A stretch of 64,000 bases of DNA from NCBI GenBank assembly GCA_963719035.1, contig CAVRAO010000002.1, positions 224,001 through 288,000 on the forward strand. The letters run 5' to 3'. This stretch comes from Methanobacteriota archaeon (lineage in GTDB: Archaea; Halobacteriota; Bog-38; Methanoflorentales; Methanoflorentaceae). Both the position numbers and the translations under genes were made by a program. A model generated the notes under the pieces. It was not told the origin of the DNA, made no database searches, and saw nothing but the letters and a program-made list of their open reading frames with translations. This document shows positions 41,822 through 51,134 of this stretch, piece by piece (positions within the stretch are counted from its first letter, which is position 1; each line of letters opens with the position of its first letter).

Positions 41822-44489
41822 CTATGTTCGTTTGACAATAATTGTCCCTTCGCTTAGCTTAATAACGTCGACGACCATTCCCTCCACAAACAGCTCTTTT
41901 TTAACAATGAAATCCGTCGGCAAAAACTCATGACCGTTAATCCTGACCGATCCCGTTCCGATTTGATCCGCGATTTCCTCAACAGGAACGCTTTTTATTA
42001 ACTCTGCTACACGCATTGCTTCAGACTTAAAACGCGGACCTAACGAACCAAGATTTGGACTAATTTCAGATATATGCTCGAGAATATCTGGTTTGCCTGT
42101 CCTATATTCAATATCGGCATTGAGCGTATTATTAATATCTGGCGCTCCGGTAGACATATCGCGATCTAAATACACATAAAGCCCTTCAATTCGAGCGTTC
42201 AGTGCGATGCGTTGCTCAGATTTGTATCGCCTAACACTGGCAATAATTTCTTTAACTAGCTCTCCTGTGCGACGGGCTTCCTGGACGTCTTTTTGAGACG
42301 CTGCTATGGCTATTTGCTGAACATCCCCTGTGGTGGTTGTCGATTCGGTAGAAGTCACGCCGAGTGGTTTTAGGCAAAGAACAGGCCACGAGTGTAAATG
42401 AACACTTTCATCGCCGGGGTTTATGTGCGAAAACAACTCCTCCGAAAAGAATGGACAAAATGGTGCTAGCAGCTTGGCAATCGTATTAAGCGCGAGGTGT
42501 AAAGCAGCGAGGCTGTACGCGTCCCGTTCATAGAGCCTTCCTTTAACCGCTTCGATATAATGGTCAGCTAATATATTCCAAACGAAAGATCGAATTTCTT
42601 TAAGGGCCTCGTCAAAGGCAAACCGGTCCATACTGGAGGTGACAGAGTCAACCAGCTCAATAAGATTACACATTAACCATATCTCACTTGGATTTTGAGA
42701 TCTATAAATGACTGGCTGGACTCCTTGAGTGAAATGTAACATGGCAAATCTAAAGATATTCCAAAGCTTGGTTAAAAATCTTGAAGAGGCTTTCAAGTCT
42801 TTTGTGTTATATGGAACGTCAGATCCAACTGAGCCCCCTATTGCTGCCCATTGCCGAAGCGCGTCCGTGCCATATTGCTCAATAACGCTTTCAGGAGCGA
42901 CGATATTACCAAGCGACTTGCTCATCTTCTGGTTGTCTTTACCGAGTACCATCCCATTGACTAAAACGCTTTCCCAGGGCTTGCTCCCCACGAGAGCGTC
43001 TGATCGTAGTATTGTATAAAACGCCCATGTCCTAATGATGTCGTGACCTTGTGGCCGCAATTGAGTGGGAAACTGTCGCTCGTACTGAGCGTTAGGCCAA
43101 CCTGCTGCATTTAGAGCAGAGAGCGATGAGTCCATCCATGTGTCTAATACGTCGTATTCAGGTGTAAAACTCGATGACCCGCATTCACAAACACGGGCAG
43201 GAGCTTCTTGAGTGGGATCCAAAGGCAACCAACTTTCTTCAGCAACCACGACCGTATCACATCCGTCACAGTACCAAACTGGAATAGGTGTAGCGAAAAT
43301 CCGTTGGCGAGAGATACACCAGTCCCACTCGACGCTTTCAGTCCAATTCTTCAAGCGATGCAATGAGTACCGACGGGATCCACTCAATCTCTGATGCTCG
43401 AGCGAGTATTGTATCCTTATTAATCTTTACAAACCACTGGCTCTCAGAAAGGATCTCAATCGGGGTTTTACATCGATCGTGAAATCCCACATTCTGCTCA
43501 ATGCGTTCCTGTTTTTGTAAGAGCTTACCGTTAAAAAGATCTCCGATAATGCGCTCTTTTGCCTCGCCAATGGTTAGGCCGCTGTATCGTGTATCAGTCA
43601 TGCGGCCATCTTTTCCAATCACTTTTTTAAGTCGCAGATTGTGCTTTTTCCACCAGCGCACGTCTTGCTTGTCGCCAAATGTGCAGATCATCACTACGCC
43701 AGTGCCAAACGTGGGATCAACCGCTTCGTCGCCAATTATGGCGACCTCCTCATCATAAAGGGGCGTTCGTACTGTCCCGCCAATTAAACGGACATAGCGT
43801 TCATCACTGGGGTTAACTGCAACAGCAACGCAAGCACCTAAAAGTTCGGGACGCGTTGTAGCTATTTCGACTGATCCTAAGTCGCTGCTTTCAAAAAAAA
43901 GATGATGAAGAATGGTCGACCGTGAGTCATAATCTACTTCAGCAAATGCGATAGCCGTCTCACAGCGTGGGCACCAGTTTACGGGGTGCTCATCTTTGTA
44001 AATGAGGTCGTTATTATACATTTGCACGAACGATTTCTGCGTCTTAGCGTAGTAGGCCTTATCCATAGTCACAAACTCTTGCGACCAATCTATGGAAAAA
44101 GCAAGACGCTGCATCGTTCCCTTCATCAACGCAATGTTTTCTCGAGTCAAGCTTTCGCACAGCCCTCTGAATTCTGCACGTGGGATCTGGTTTTTCGTTA
44201 CATTGTAGGTTGTTTCGACCTTTACCTCAGTCGGAAGCCCGTGACAGTCCCATCCTTGCGGAAATTTAACGTCACAGCCCTTCATACGCTTATAGCGCGC
44301 GATGAAGTCTATATAACACCAATTAAGGGCGTTTCCAAGGTGAAAATTACCAGTTGGATATGGCGGCGGCGTATCGATTATAAAGCGCTCTTTTATTTCC
44401 CCGCCGCGATAACGATACATGTCCGAGTCCCAAGCGGTCAGCCATTTTGACTCAATGTATTCATAATCAAAGTTCTTTGGTATAGCCAT
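41822..44489 (-). CDS. valS: valyl-tRNA synthetase, split by a +1 frameshift at 43370-43371
   Basis: DTPPPYPTG.FHLGN (HIGH), GWDCHGLP, DWCISRQR, KMSKS; deleting one G of TCG-GTAC gives EWIPSYSLHRLKNW, 888 aa. Confidence 0.95.
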
Positions 44490-44524
44490 ACTCCCTCACA
44501 AGCATAGTTTGAGCTGATTCGTTA

Positions 44525-45256
44525 TCAAAACGCTCCAATGGACTCGTTAACAACATCGTTAGAAAGCGTACCGACACCGGGGATCTCCACCTCAACGGTA
44601 TCCCCCTCTCTCAGCTGCCCCACACCTCGCGGGGTGCCAGTAGCGATTATATCTCCAGCTTCAAGCGTCATAATCCGCGATATAAACCTTATCAAATAAT
44701 CAACGTCAAAGATGAGATCCCTAGTATTTGAACTCTGCCGCAATCGACCGTTAACCCGTGTCTTGATCGATACATTCCTAGGATCTAGATCAGTCGAAAC
44801 AAACGGACCGACTGGTGCGAAGGAGTCAAAGCTCTTTGCACGAGTCCATTGACCATCCTCTTTTTGCAAGTCTCGTGCGGTCACATCATTAAAGCACGTA
44901 TACCCAAGTATAACTTGTTCAGGGTTAACCACGTTTTTACATCTCTGACTAATAACCACTCCAAGTTCCCCTTCATAATCAACACGCGTACTAGAGATTG
45001 GATAAACAATGCTTTCGCCAGGACCAATCACGCTAGTCGATGGTTTGAGGAAAAGCACAGGATTCGCTAGGACTGATTCTTTCAGTTCCAGCGCGTGATC
45101 AGTGTAATTCAAGCCCACACAAACGATCTTGCTTGGACAGGTCGGTGCAAGCACTGTGACGTCCTCAAGGTCGTACGTAATTCCATTTCTATGCACGCAT
45201 TTACCATCAAAAATCCCGGAAAAAACCTCTTGTTGAGCCTTAAAGCGGCCGATCAC
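44525..45256 (-). CDS. fumarylacetoacetate hydrolase family protein
   Basis: CVGLNY.DH, FLKP, DYEGEL, NDVTARD, AKSFD.F.PVGP, TGTP.GVG. Confidence 0.92.
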   Translation of the reverse strand: MIGRFKAQQEVFSGIFDGKCVHRNGITYDLEDVTVLAPTCPSKIVCVGLNYTDHALELKESVLANPVLFLKPSTSVIGPGESIVYPISSTRVDYEGELGVVISQRCKNVVNPEQVILGYTCFNDVTARDLQKEDGQWTRAKSFDSFAPVGPFVSTDLDPRNVSIKTRVNGRLRQSSNTRDLIFDVDYLIRFISRIMTLEAGDIIATGTPRGVGQLREGDTVEVEIPGVGTLSNDVVNESIGAF

Positions 45257-46002
45257 AATTTCACCTTTCTGCCCGTCGCGTCGCGCATATATCTCCCAAA
45301 TTCGCCCTCGTTCAGCTGTTTTCCCGTGAAAACAGGACCATCAATACATACGCGCAACCCTGAAGGATCGATACAACATGAACCACATAAACCAACGCCA
45401 CACTTGATATAACGCTGCAAGCTAAACTGACTCTGCACTCGCGCCTCAACTGCGTGATCTAACACTTTGCGCATCATTTTTTCAGGACCACATGATGCTA
45501 TCTCTTGGTAGCCTTCAGCGCGCTTAAGCAAATCAATAGTCAATCCTTTAAATCCAGCCGAGCCGTCTTCCGTCGCCACTAAAAGAGGTCCTGAGCTCTC
45601 AAAACGTTCGCGGAACAACAATTCATCCTCTGTCTTGGCTCCGAGAATCGTTGTAACCCTGTTTTTTAGCACGTCTGCCAAAGGTGCTAGTGGAGCGGCT
45701 CCAACGCCTCCTGCAACGAGCAGCGCAGGCAGTTTTGTTACAGTGAAGCCATTGCCAAATGGACCCCGCATGCCAAGAGAGTCGCCTACGTTCAACCTAA
45801 ACAAAGCTTCGGTAGCATCGCCTACTTTTCTAACAGTGATACCGTTTGCGTACGACAGACTCATCGGTATCTCATCAACGCCTCGAATCCAGACCATAAC
45901 ATATTGGCCTGGTGTAAATTTAAAAGAGTGATCGAAAAAGAATGTCTTTATGTCTTTAGATTCAGATTTGATGCCTGTAATTTCGACATTTCTCACATAC
46001 AT
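45253..46002 (-). CDS. pyrK: dihydroorotate dehydrogenase electron transfer subunit
   Basis: PGQYVMVW, RGPFGNGF, AGGVG.AP, CGPE.M, [2Fe-2S] motif CGVGLCGSC...VC.DGPVF. Confidence 0.92.
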   Translation of the reverse strand: MYVRNVEITGIKSESKDIKTFFFDHSFKFTPGQYVMVWIRGVDEIPMSLSYANGITVRKVGDATEALFRLNVGDSLGMRGPFGNGFTVTKLPALLVAGGVGAAPLAPLADVLKNRVTTILGAKTEDELLFRERFESSGPLLVATEDGSAGFKGLTIDLLKRAEGYQEIASCGPEKMMRKVLDHAVEARVQSQFSLQRYIKCGVGLCGSCCIDPSGLRVCIDGPVFTGKQLNEGEFGRYMRDATGRKVKL

Positions 46003-46280
46003 CGTCCCTAAAAAGGACGTAAGCCGTATTTTAAGTTTCTCTTTCCCACTGTGTCCGTTAGCTGAGTGCCGTTCAGTTTGTTATGAAGTTAACGCCTGCG
46101 CCACCTGGCTTTGAAACTCACAGCTAAGTAACAGTCGAAACCAAAAAAATTGGCCCATTGTGAGACCTAGCAATGACATGTAATAAACAGGCGAACTACG
46201 CTCTCCTCAACTCACCTAAACACCCTTGAAAGGCTTAACCAGGGTCAGCAACATAGTTAAGTCTCTAAAGGTAATCGATC

Positions 46281-47204
46281 ATGCCGAGCATGAGATCAAT
46301 GGGACATAACGCAGAGGTAATAGGATTCGGAGCGCTGAATTGCGATAAGATATACCGGGTAGAGGACTTAGCACCTCCTGGAAGAGAGACTGGTATCATT
46401 TCCGCTACAAGGCAGCCAGGGGGCTCTGCGGCGAATACAATTGTAGGATTGACTCGCTTAGGGATCAAAACAGGGTTTATTGGCACCGTAGGAAACGACA
46501 GAGAAGGCTCACTTTTATTAGATGACTTGAAGCGGGAAGGTGTCAATCTGCAGGGTATCATAAAAGTAGATGGAGATACTGGTGCCGCATTGATATTCAT
46601 AGACTCGTGCGGTGAAAGAGCTATCTATATCCTTCCAAGTGTCAATGACACGTTCATAACAGCGAATCATGATTACGCAAAAAACGCCAAAATACTGCAC
46701 GTTAGTTCTTTTACGGGAATCGACCAACTCAGAATGCAAATCTCATATGTTAAACAACTTCAGGGGAAACGAACGAAAATTTCATTTAGCCCTGGCAACA
46801 TGTATGTGAAGCTTGGACTAAATGAGCTTAAACCACTAATTGAGCGATCATTCTTGCTGTTCCTGAACAGAGAAGAGGCGAAAACATTAACCGGATCGCC
46901 TGACGTTGAAGATGTGGCATCTCTCCTTGACCTAGGTACAAAGATTGTTGCTGTCACACTTGGAGATCTAGGATCGCACGTTGTAACGCACAGTAAAAGC
47001 TTTTATTTGCCCCCCTTCAAATCGAAAATAAATGACACTGTAGGGGCAGGTGACGCGTTTGCTGCGGGTTTTTTGTACGGACAGTTAACCGGCAAGGACC
47101 TTCGAGAGTCAGGTCTTTACGGCAACTTCATGGCTTCTAAATCGATCGGTGAGCTTGGGGGCAGAAAAGGGCTCTTGAGAGATCTGAAAGGACTTAGTAA
47201 CTGA
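46281..47204 (+). CDS. PfkB family carbohydrate/nucleoside kinase
   Basis: PGGSAAN, G.VGND, NREEA, DTVGAGDAF. Confidence 0.92.
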   Translation: MPSMRSMGHNAEVIGFGALNCDKIYRVEDLAPPGRETGIISATRQPGGSAANTIVGLTRLGIKTGFIGTVGNDREGSLLLDDLKREGVNLQGIIKVDGDTGAALIFIDSCGERAIYILPSVNDTFITANHDYAKNAKILHVSSFTGIDQLRMQISYVKQLQGKRTKISFSPGNMYVKLGLNELKPLIERSFLLFLNREEAKTLTGSPDVEDVASLLDLGTKIVAVTLGDLGSHVVTHSKSFYLPPFKSKINDTVGAGDAFAAGFLYGQLTGKDLRESGLYGNFMASKSIGELGGRKGLLRDLKGLSN

Positions 47205-47339
47205 TCATTCACATACCGCGCGAGCCGTCGATAAGTACAATAAGCAGTTTTATAGCTTAAGCTAGATTAGCGCGTAAATTATGGTCAACAGGCGATTGGC
47301 GCTTTCGTCTCGGTGTTAAAAAAAGCAAAAGCGGTTAAG

Positions 47340-47615
47340 TTACTTGTTACTTGCTACTGTAATTTCGATTGCTGAGACGTTCGTTTCACCAGTCTCGGTA
47401 CTAAGACTCTCAGTGGAGATCGCTATGTCCTTCACGCTGGCTTCTGTAAGGAACCGATTTCGTGCAATTTCTGCGACATCAACTGCCCGCGAAATGGCCC
47501 TCCCTCGAGCTTTTATCAAGACCTCGTCGGCTCCGTTGTTAAACTGCGTTACCACGGCTAGCACGTAATTCATCACAGGTTTGTTGCCTACGTAGATTAT
47601 GTTGTCGTCTGTCAT
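47340..47615 (-). CDS. albA: chromatin protein Alba
   Basis: [36 protein letters not shown]; ATG 47615 follows GGAGG. Confidence 0.96.
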   Translation of the reverse strand: MTDDNIIYVGNKPVMNYVLAVVTQFNNGADEVLIKARGRAISRAVDVAEIARNRFLTEASVKDIAISTESLSTETGETNVSAIEITVASNK

Positions 47616-47719
47616 ACTGTGCCTCCCTTGAGGATCTAACAGACACAAACGCTTTATGATAGATAAAACTTTCTAACTAAATTTGGTCCTTTAAAACCAA
47701 ACAAAGTTCACATAGGGCT

Positions 47720-48523
47720 TCATTTGAAAAATGACTTCATCTTTGCTGCGTCTTGTTCAAGGAGGGGCGACTCACATATAATCGTCGCGTCACAACCGTG
47801 TTGCTTGAGGGCGTCGGCAAGCAGCTTAAACTGGTTTAGATCTACAGGTAAATGCCTACGCTCGTTACCTTTTGAAAATTCAATTCCAGAGAAATGGATA
47901 TGTACATGATTTCTGTTGCTGAGCGCCCTCAGCACCCGCGCAAAGTCTTCAACGGTGTGAAAACACCCATTGCACCGAGCGTGTAAATGCGCAAAATCAA
48001 TAACAGGGCGAACGAGTGGCAGTTCTCGTTGCAGCTTCTGCAATTCTTCGACGGTTCCAAACTGACTTTGACGACCTAGCAATTCAACACCAAGATGCGT
48101 TTGCGTTATGCGAGCATCGTGCATATACTCCAATAAGCCAACGCAGGCGTCTTTCACTAGCTCGAACGTCTCATCTTTAGTGTATTTCTTCGTGTAGTAG
48201 GCCGAATGGAATACAACGATCTGTGCTCCGAGTGCGTGCGCTCTATCGATAGAGAGCTTTATTCGATTAATGCTATCTGAGATGATCGTCGGATTTTCTG
48301 AAGCGAGGTTAATCATATATGGCGCGTGAACTGACAGATCGATCTTCGCATTGCGCGCAATTTCGCCTACTGCTAGCGCTGTCTCTTCCTTCATTGAAAC
48401 GCGCCTGACAAACTGTACTTCGAGCGCGTCGAGACCGATGTCAGATAAGTATTCAATGCCCTCTCCTGTGCTCTTTCCTTTTAGTGCCAGAGGAACTCCT
48501 GCAATCCCTACCTTAATCATCAA
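47720..48523 (-). CDS. nfo: endonuclease IV-like TIM-barrel protein
   Basis: E.QFVR, SVHAPY.INL, VFH, E..G..SQFG, IDFAH.HAR, H.HFSGI, ICESP. Confidence 0.85.
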   Translation of the reverse strand: MMIKVGIAGVPLALKGKSTGEGIEYLSDIGLDALEVQFVRRVSMKEETALAVGEIARNAKIDLSVHAPYMINLASENPTIISDSINRIKLSIDRAHALGAQIVVFHSAYYTKKYTKDETFELVKDACVGLLEYMHDARITQTHLGVELLGRQSQFGTVEELQKLQRELPLVRPVIDFAHLHARCNGCFHTVEDFARVLRALSNRNHVHIHFSGIEFSKGNERRHLPVDLNQFKLLADALKQHGCDATIICESPLLEQDAAKMKSFFK

Positions 48524-48648
48524 CGTTATGCACGATTCGATCGGCCATAATAGTAACGCGCTCGCTACGAGTCTTTTTGACGATCTGCATCAAAAATGCT
48601 CAAACGAAAAATAGAAGTTAAAAGAGCTACAGTGTGTTGCTAGATACT

Positions 48649-48837
48649 ATGGACGAAATCGATTTAGCAGCAGAGAAACCCTTGCAGTTTAAGAAAATTA
48701 ACGAGGTTTCGATGAGTATAGGAACGGTCATAATAAGCGTGCGAAGTACTGACGAATCTCTCGACAAGGTGAAGGATACCACTTTCGAAATCCTGGGCAA
48801 GGTACAAGGAAAAAGCTCACCCGAACATAACTACTAA
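48649..48837 (+). CDS. small hypothetical protein
   Basis: coding-like ORF from ATG 48649 in an otherwise empty spacer. Confidence 0.5.
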   Translation: MDEIDLAAEKPLQFKKINEVSMSIGTVIISVRSTDESLDKVKDTTFEILGKVQGKSSPEHNY

Positions 48838-48872
48838 GCAAAATCGCTGCCTTTTGTCTATGCGGTCTTTTT

Positions 48873-49235
48873 TTGCCATCAGAAAATTTAAAAGACTTGA
48901 TGCCTTCAGATCCAAAAACAACAACAGAGCTTAGAAAGACGCTGAGCGGAATTACTGAGCTATGTGCTTTGCTAGAAAGCACGTTAGACCGATCTCTGAC
49001 TGAACCCTATATCGACGCAAATCAGTTCATCTCAAAGTACAACCATTTTCGTAACAACCTGTTTTTACTGCAGCCAGATGATGTCATAGAGGAGATGCTG
49101 ACTGAGATGCCCACGTACGTCTACACTGGCGACGATGCAGCCGATGTAGTAAATGTCAAACAACTTCTAGTTGAGGTATACCTCAAAAATTCGCAACTTA
49201 TGGCGTATCTTCAAAATCTGCTTGAACTTGGTTGA
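48873..49235 (+). CDS. hypothetical helical protein
   Basis: 120-aa ORF with natural composition; start may be ATG 48900. Confidence 0.65.
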   Translation: MPSENLKDLMPSDPKTTTELRKTLSGITELCALLESTLDRSLTEPYIDANQFISKYNHFRNNLFLLQPDDVIEEMLTEMPTYVYTGDDAADVVNVKQLLVEVYLKNSQLMAYLQNLLELG

Positions 49236-49303
49236 TTGCGATAGTAAACTCCTGGCTTTGATGGTTTTATACGCCGGGGTTGGGATTTGAACCCAAGCGA
49301 TGC

Positions 49304-49335
49304 GTCCTCTATAAAAGCCCCGCAGGCTTTTCTAT
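49304..49335 (-). other. 32-nt tRNA intron in the variable-arm loop (canonical BHB)
   Basis: GATG-CCTT-[GCA]-TAGAAAAGCC...GGCTTTTATA-GAGG-[ACG]-CATC: two 3-nt bulges around a 4-bp helix. Confidence 0.85.
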
Positions 49336-49368
49336 GCAAGGCATCAACAGGTCTCGAGCCTGCCGCGT

Positions 49369-49385
49369 TGGGACTCGTTGCCGAT
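49369..49385 (-). other. 17-nt tRNA intron in the D-loop (about position 21/22; relaxed BHB/BHL)
   Basis: GGAC-[TAA]-TCG-GCAA-CGA-GTCC-[CAA]; removal restores GCAGAGCGGACTAACGCG. Confidence 0.82.
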
Positions 49386-49461
49386 TAGTCCGCTCTGCCA
49401 CCCCGGGCATGCGCACTGATGTGCGTGCTTCTTATAGCAAAACTCCTATAAAGATTATTGG

Positions 49462-49674
49462 ATGCCAAAAGAACACCTCTGTGTCACCGTAGAGCTGAAA
49501 GGACAGGCACAAGAAGTGAATTTGCCTTTGGGTTCAGACTACGAGCGATTGCTAAGTGAACTCAAATTAAATTCTGAAGAGGTTCTTGTTTTTGTAGAGA
49601 ATGAGGCAGTCCCCTTCGACGCTCCCGTGCAACCAGGGATTGTACGTGTGTTAAAAGTCGTTTCCGGCGGTTAA
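49462..49674 (+). CDS. ubiquitin-like sulfur carrier (SAMP/ThiS/MoaD family)
   Basis: 70-aa beta-grasp pattern ending VLKVVSGG. Confidence 0.88.
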   Translation: MPKEHLCVTVELKGQAQEVNLPLGSDYERLLSELKLNSEEVLVFVENEAVPFDAPVQPGIVRVLKVVSGG

Positions 49675-49704
49675 ACAAGAAGATTGATTTAACACTTACT
49701 AACC

Positions 49705-50610
49705 CTATTCTTGCAGTATCTTGTCTAACTTGACTGATTCATCGGATTGCGAGAAAAAAGGTAGAGCAGCGATCGCACCAATAATGCCGCGCCCTTCTAG
49801 GCAAACCTTCACACCAGCAGCGTGAGCTGCCTCGGTAGCCGCAGAAATAGACACCTCGCCTGAGCGGGTCGCGTTACCGAAATTCAAAAGGCGTTCTGCA
49901 CTGAACGATTTTAAGACAGCCATTCCCGTCTTATCTGATAGCGAGAGCTCCTCCAAGAGTTTTTTGAATTTTTTGATAGGTTTGTCGTCGTTCAAACCCG
50001 CAAACTCGACGACAGTTGCCACGCAGTTTTTCGTCTTCGCCTTGACAGGGTAAAGTTGCACAATAGCGTGAGAAACGTAGCGAAGCGATTCGTTATCTAC
50101 CATTGTGGCTATGTTGTTCACTAGTGACCACGTTGCACCTTCTTGTTTGGTGTCTGTGTCATCCACCCCTATAATAATGCGAGACCTTTTTGGCAATGTA
50201 AGCGTCCCGCGACTTAACTTGCTGCCTCCTGCTGGCGTGAGATCGTAATCGATGACGTCGCGAGCAAGCGCTCTACACATTGTAGCGCCGACGCCACCAC
50301 CCCCTAAGCCAGCGTACGTCACCTTTATGGTGTCTTTTGACACAGTAACAGACTCAATCCCGCCAGCAGATACAGACGCTCTGAGTTTAAGATGAGACGT
50401 CCCCTCTTTGATGAGATAGCGAGTCGTGTTTCCCAAAGCGCGACTTGTGACGATCAGTGGACTTGCTTGAGCATAGTGATACCGGGCCCACGCAGCACCG
50501 CCATAACAGTTCGTTGTTTCGATAAGCTCAATACAACCCGTTCCTGAGATAGCTAAGATGTCTCTGTAAGGCACTATCCAAGGAAGATGTCTGAACTCAG
50601 GCGTGGCCAT
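49705..50610 (-). CDS. mmp11: methanogenesis marker protein 11 (TiaS-related)
   Basis: CYGGAAW...HY, YAGLGGGGVGAT.CR, IIGVDDTDT..EGATW, KT.NC, G.GIIGAIAA. Confidence 0.85.
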   Translation of the reverse strand: MATPEFRHLPWIVPYRDILAISGTGCIELIETTNCYGGAAWARYHYAQASPLIVTSRALGNTTRYLIKEGTSHLKLRASVSAGGIESVTVSKDTIKVTYAGLGGGGVGATMCRALARDVIDYDLTPAGGSKLSRGTLTLPKRSRIIIGVDDTDTKQEGATWSLVNNIATMVDNESLRYVSHAIVQLYPVKAKTKNCVATVVEFAGLNDDKPIKKFKKLLEELSLSDKTGMAVLKSFSAERLLNFGNATRSGEVSISAATEAAHAAGVKVCLEGRGIIGAIAALPFFSQSDESVKLDKILQE

Positions 50611-50621
50611 CAGTCGTCACC

Positions 50622-51134
50622 TTAATCCTCTTTTGCACGGAAACGATTTATAGCTGTTCTAATCGAATCAGCTACTGTTATGCTCGCTCTTCGCGCCACG
50701 GGACTCAAGCCGTCCCCAAAATCACAATTAGCCGGTTGAATGCCGATGAGAAAAATGTTGCAGTTCATTTCCGTTTGGAGGTATTCGCCGAGCGCTAATA
50801 GAGAAGCCTTGTGTGTTGAGACCGATGAACCTTTAAGGTCGTTGAGCTGAAAGATGTGTGCATCGCCAGGCAAAGCGCCGAAATCTGCTGCATCTACAAG
50901 CACAACACAAGTTGGTTTTACTCGTTTGAGGTACCCCGTAAAGTTTTCAGGAGCGTTTTGACAGTTAAGCACAACGACCGAAGGGTCATCAAAACTCGAG
51001 CTGAGTCTATCAACAACAGCAAGTCCTACTGCGTCATCACGTCTTAATTCATTTCCAATTCCCAAGATCGCGATTTTTGAACAGGCATATCCCGCAAAGA
51101 GGCGATAAACGTTTAACTCGAATTCATCCATCAT
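50622..51134 (-). CDS. hycI: hydrogenase maturation protease, HycI type
   Basis: LGIGNELRRDDAVG, PENF, VDAADFG..PG, STH, IGIQP; ATGA overlap with the tfuA stop. Confidence 0.88.
   Translation of the reverse strand: MMDEFELNVYRLFAGYACSKIAILGIGNELRRDDAVGLAVVDRLSSSFDDPSVVVLNCQNAPENFTGYLKRVKPTCVVLVDAADFGALPGDAHIFQLNDLKGSSVSTHKASLLALGEYLQTEMNCNIFLIGIQPANCDFGDGLSPVARRASITVADSIRTAINRFRAKED

Larger units (their letters stand above)
49272..49408 (-). tRNA. tRNA-Ser (CGA) with two introns
   Basis: GCAGG-CT-CGA-GA-CCTGT anticodon arm, GATGC/GCATC variable arm, TTGGG-TTCAAAT-CCCAA T arm, G73 discriminator; 137 nt genomic, 88 nt after removing two inserts. Confidence 0.92.

Noticed and set aside
33804-44489. 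gatA and valS as true pseudogenes or split two-subunit genes
   Set aside because: Both are normally essential, each has a single one-base lesion at GTAC with all motifs intact, and the downstream halves lack convincing independent starts.
48634-49272. Integrated element at the tRNA-Ser 3' end
   Set aside because: No integrase and no duplicated tRNA 3' end found; only two small hypothetical genes.
49401-49408. Extra C in the tRNA-Ser acceptor stem (GCCCGGGG versus expected GCCGGGG) as editing or inactivation
   Set aside because: A one-base homopolymer extension in an assembly with several +1 errors; most likely an artefact and undecidable without reads.
49280-49492. 70-aa ORF MGFEPKRC...
   Set aside because: It is the antisense reading of the tRNA-Ser gene (GFEP is the T-arm signature).
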